Shown piece after piece: positions 63,878 through 64,000 of a stretch of DNA of 64,000 nucleotides (the stretch's first letter is position 1; each line of letters begins with the position of its first letter). Below the pieces are notes generated by a model. That model made no database searches and was not told the origin of the DNA. It was given only the letters and a program-made list of their open reading frames with translations. This DNA comes from Antedon mediterranea. Lineage: Eukaryota; Animalia; Echinodermata. The stretch lies in the NCBI RefSeq assembly GCF_964355755.1, contig NC_092672.1, forward strand, positions 33,920,437 through 33,984,436, read 5' to 3'. The position numbers were made by a program, and so were the translations under genes.

Positions 63878-64000
63878 CTGCGAAAAAAATAATGAATGTT
63901 TATGGATGGTGAGAAAATGAATGAAAAGATTGACTGCTCTATTTAATGATTCGTTATTAACCAGTGCTTTAAACTCTGTCTACACTATCAAACTATTTGA

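Overview
AT-rich, intron-rich eukaryotic DNA. The animal-type genes and repeats suggest a marine invertebrate, possibly an echinoderm, but the taxon is inferred only. Seven spliced genes were reconstructed by hand from GT/GC-AG sites: the 3' part of an EAR/EPTP-repeat gene, a MAM-MAM-EAR gene, ACAA2 (+), SUMF2-like (-), PARK7/DJ-1 (-), SFT2D3-like (+, one GC-AG intron) and the 3' part of an ABCB1/P-glycoprotein (-). Introns and intergenic DNA are dense with mobile DNA: a near full-length LINE, two truncated L1/Tx1-like LINEs, tRNA-derived SINEs, several MITE families and minisatellites. The most unusual observations are: (1) a 5.7-kb palindrome (29646-35320) made of two inverted copies of a foldback element inside a multi-level transposon nest, with a readable TSD at each of three insertion levels; (2) hammerhead ribozyme motifs on the sense strand of an ABCB1 intron; (3) 27-30 bp P-element-like footprints with 7-bp TSDs; (4) a 22-nt intronic inverted copy of an ABCB1 splice acceptor. 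Coordinates were read by eye and may be off by a few bases. No alignment or database search was run.
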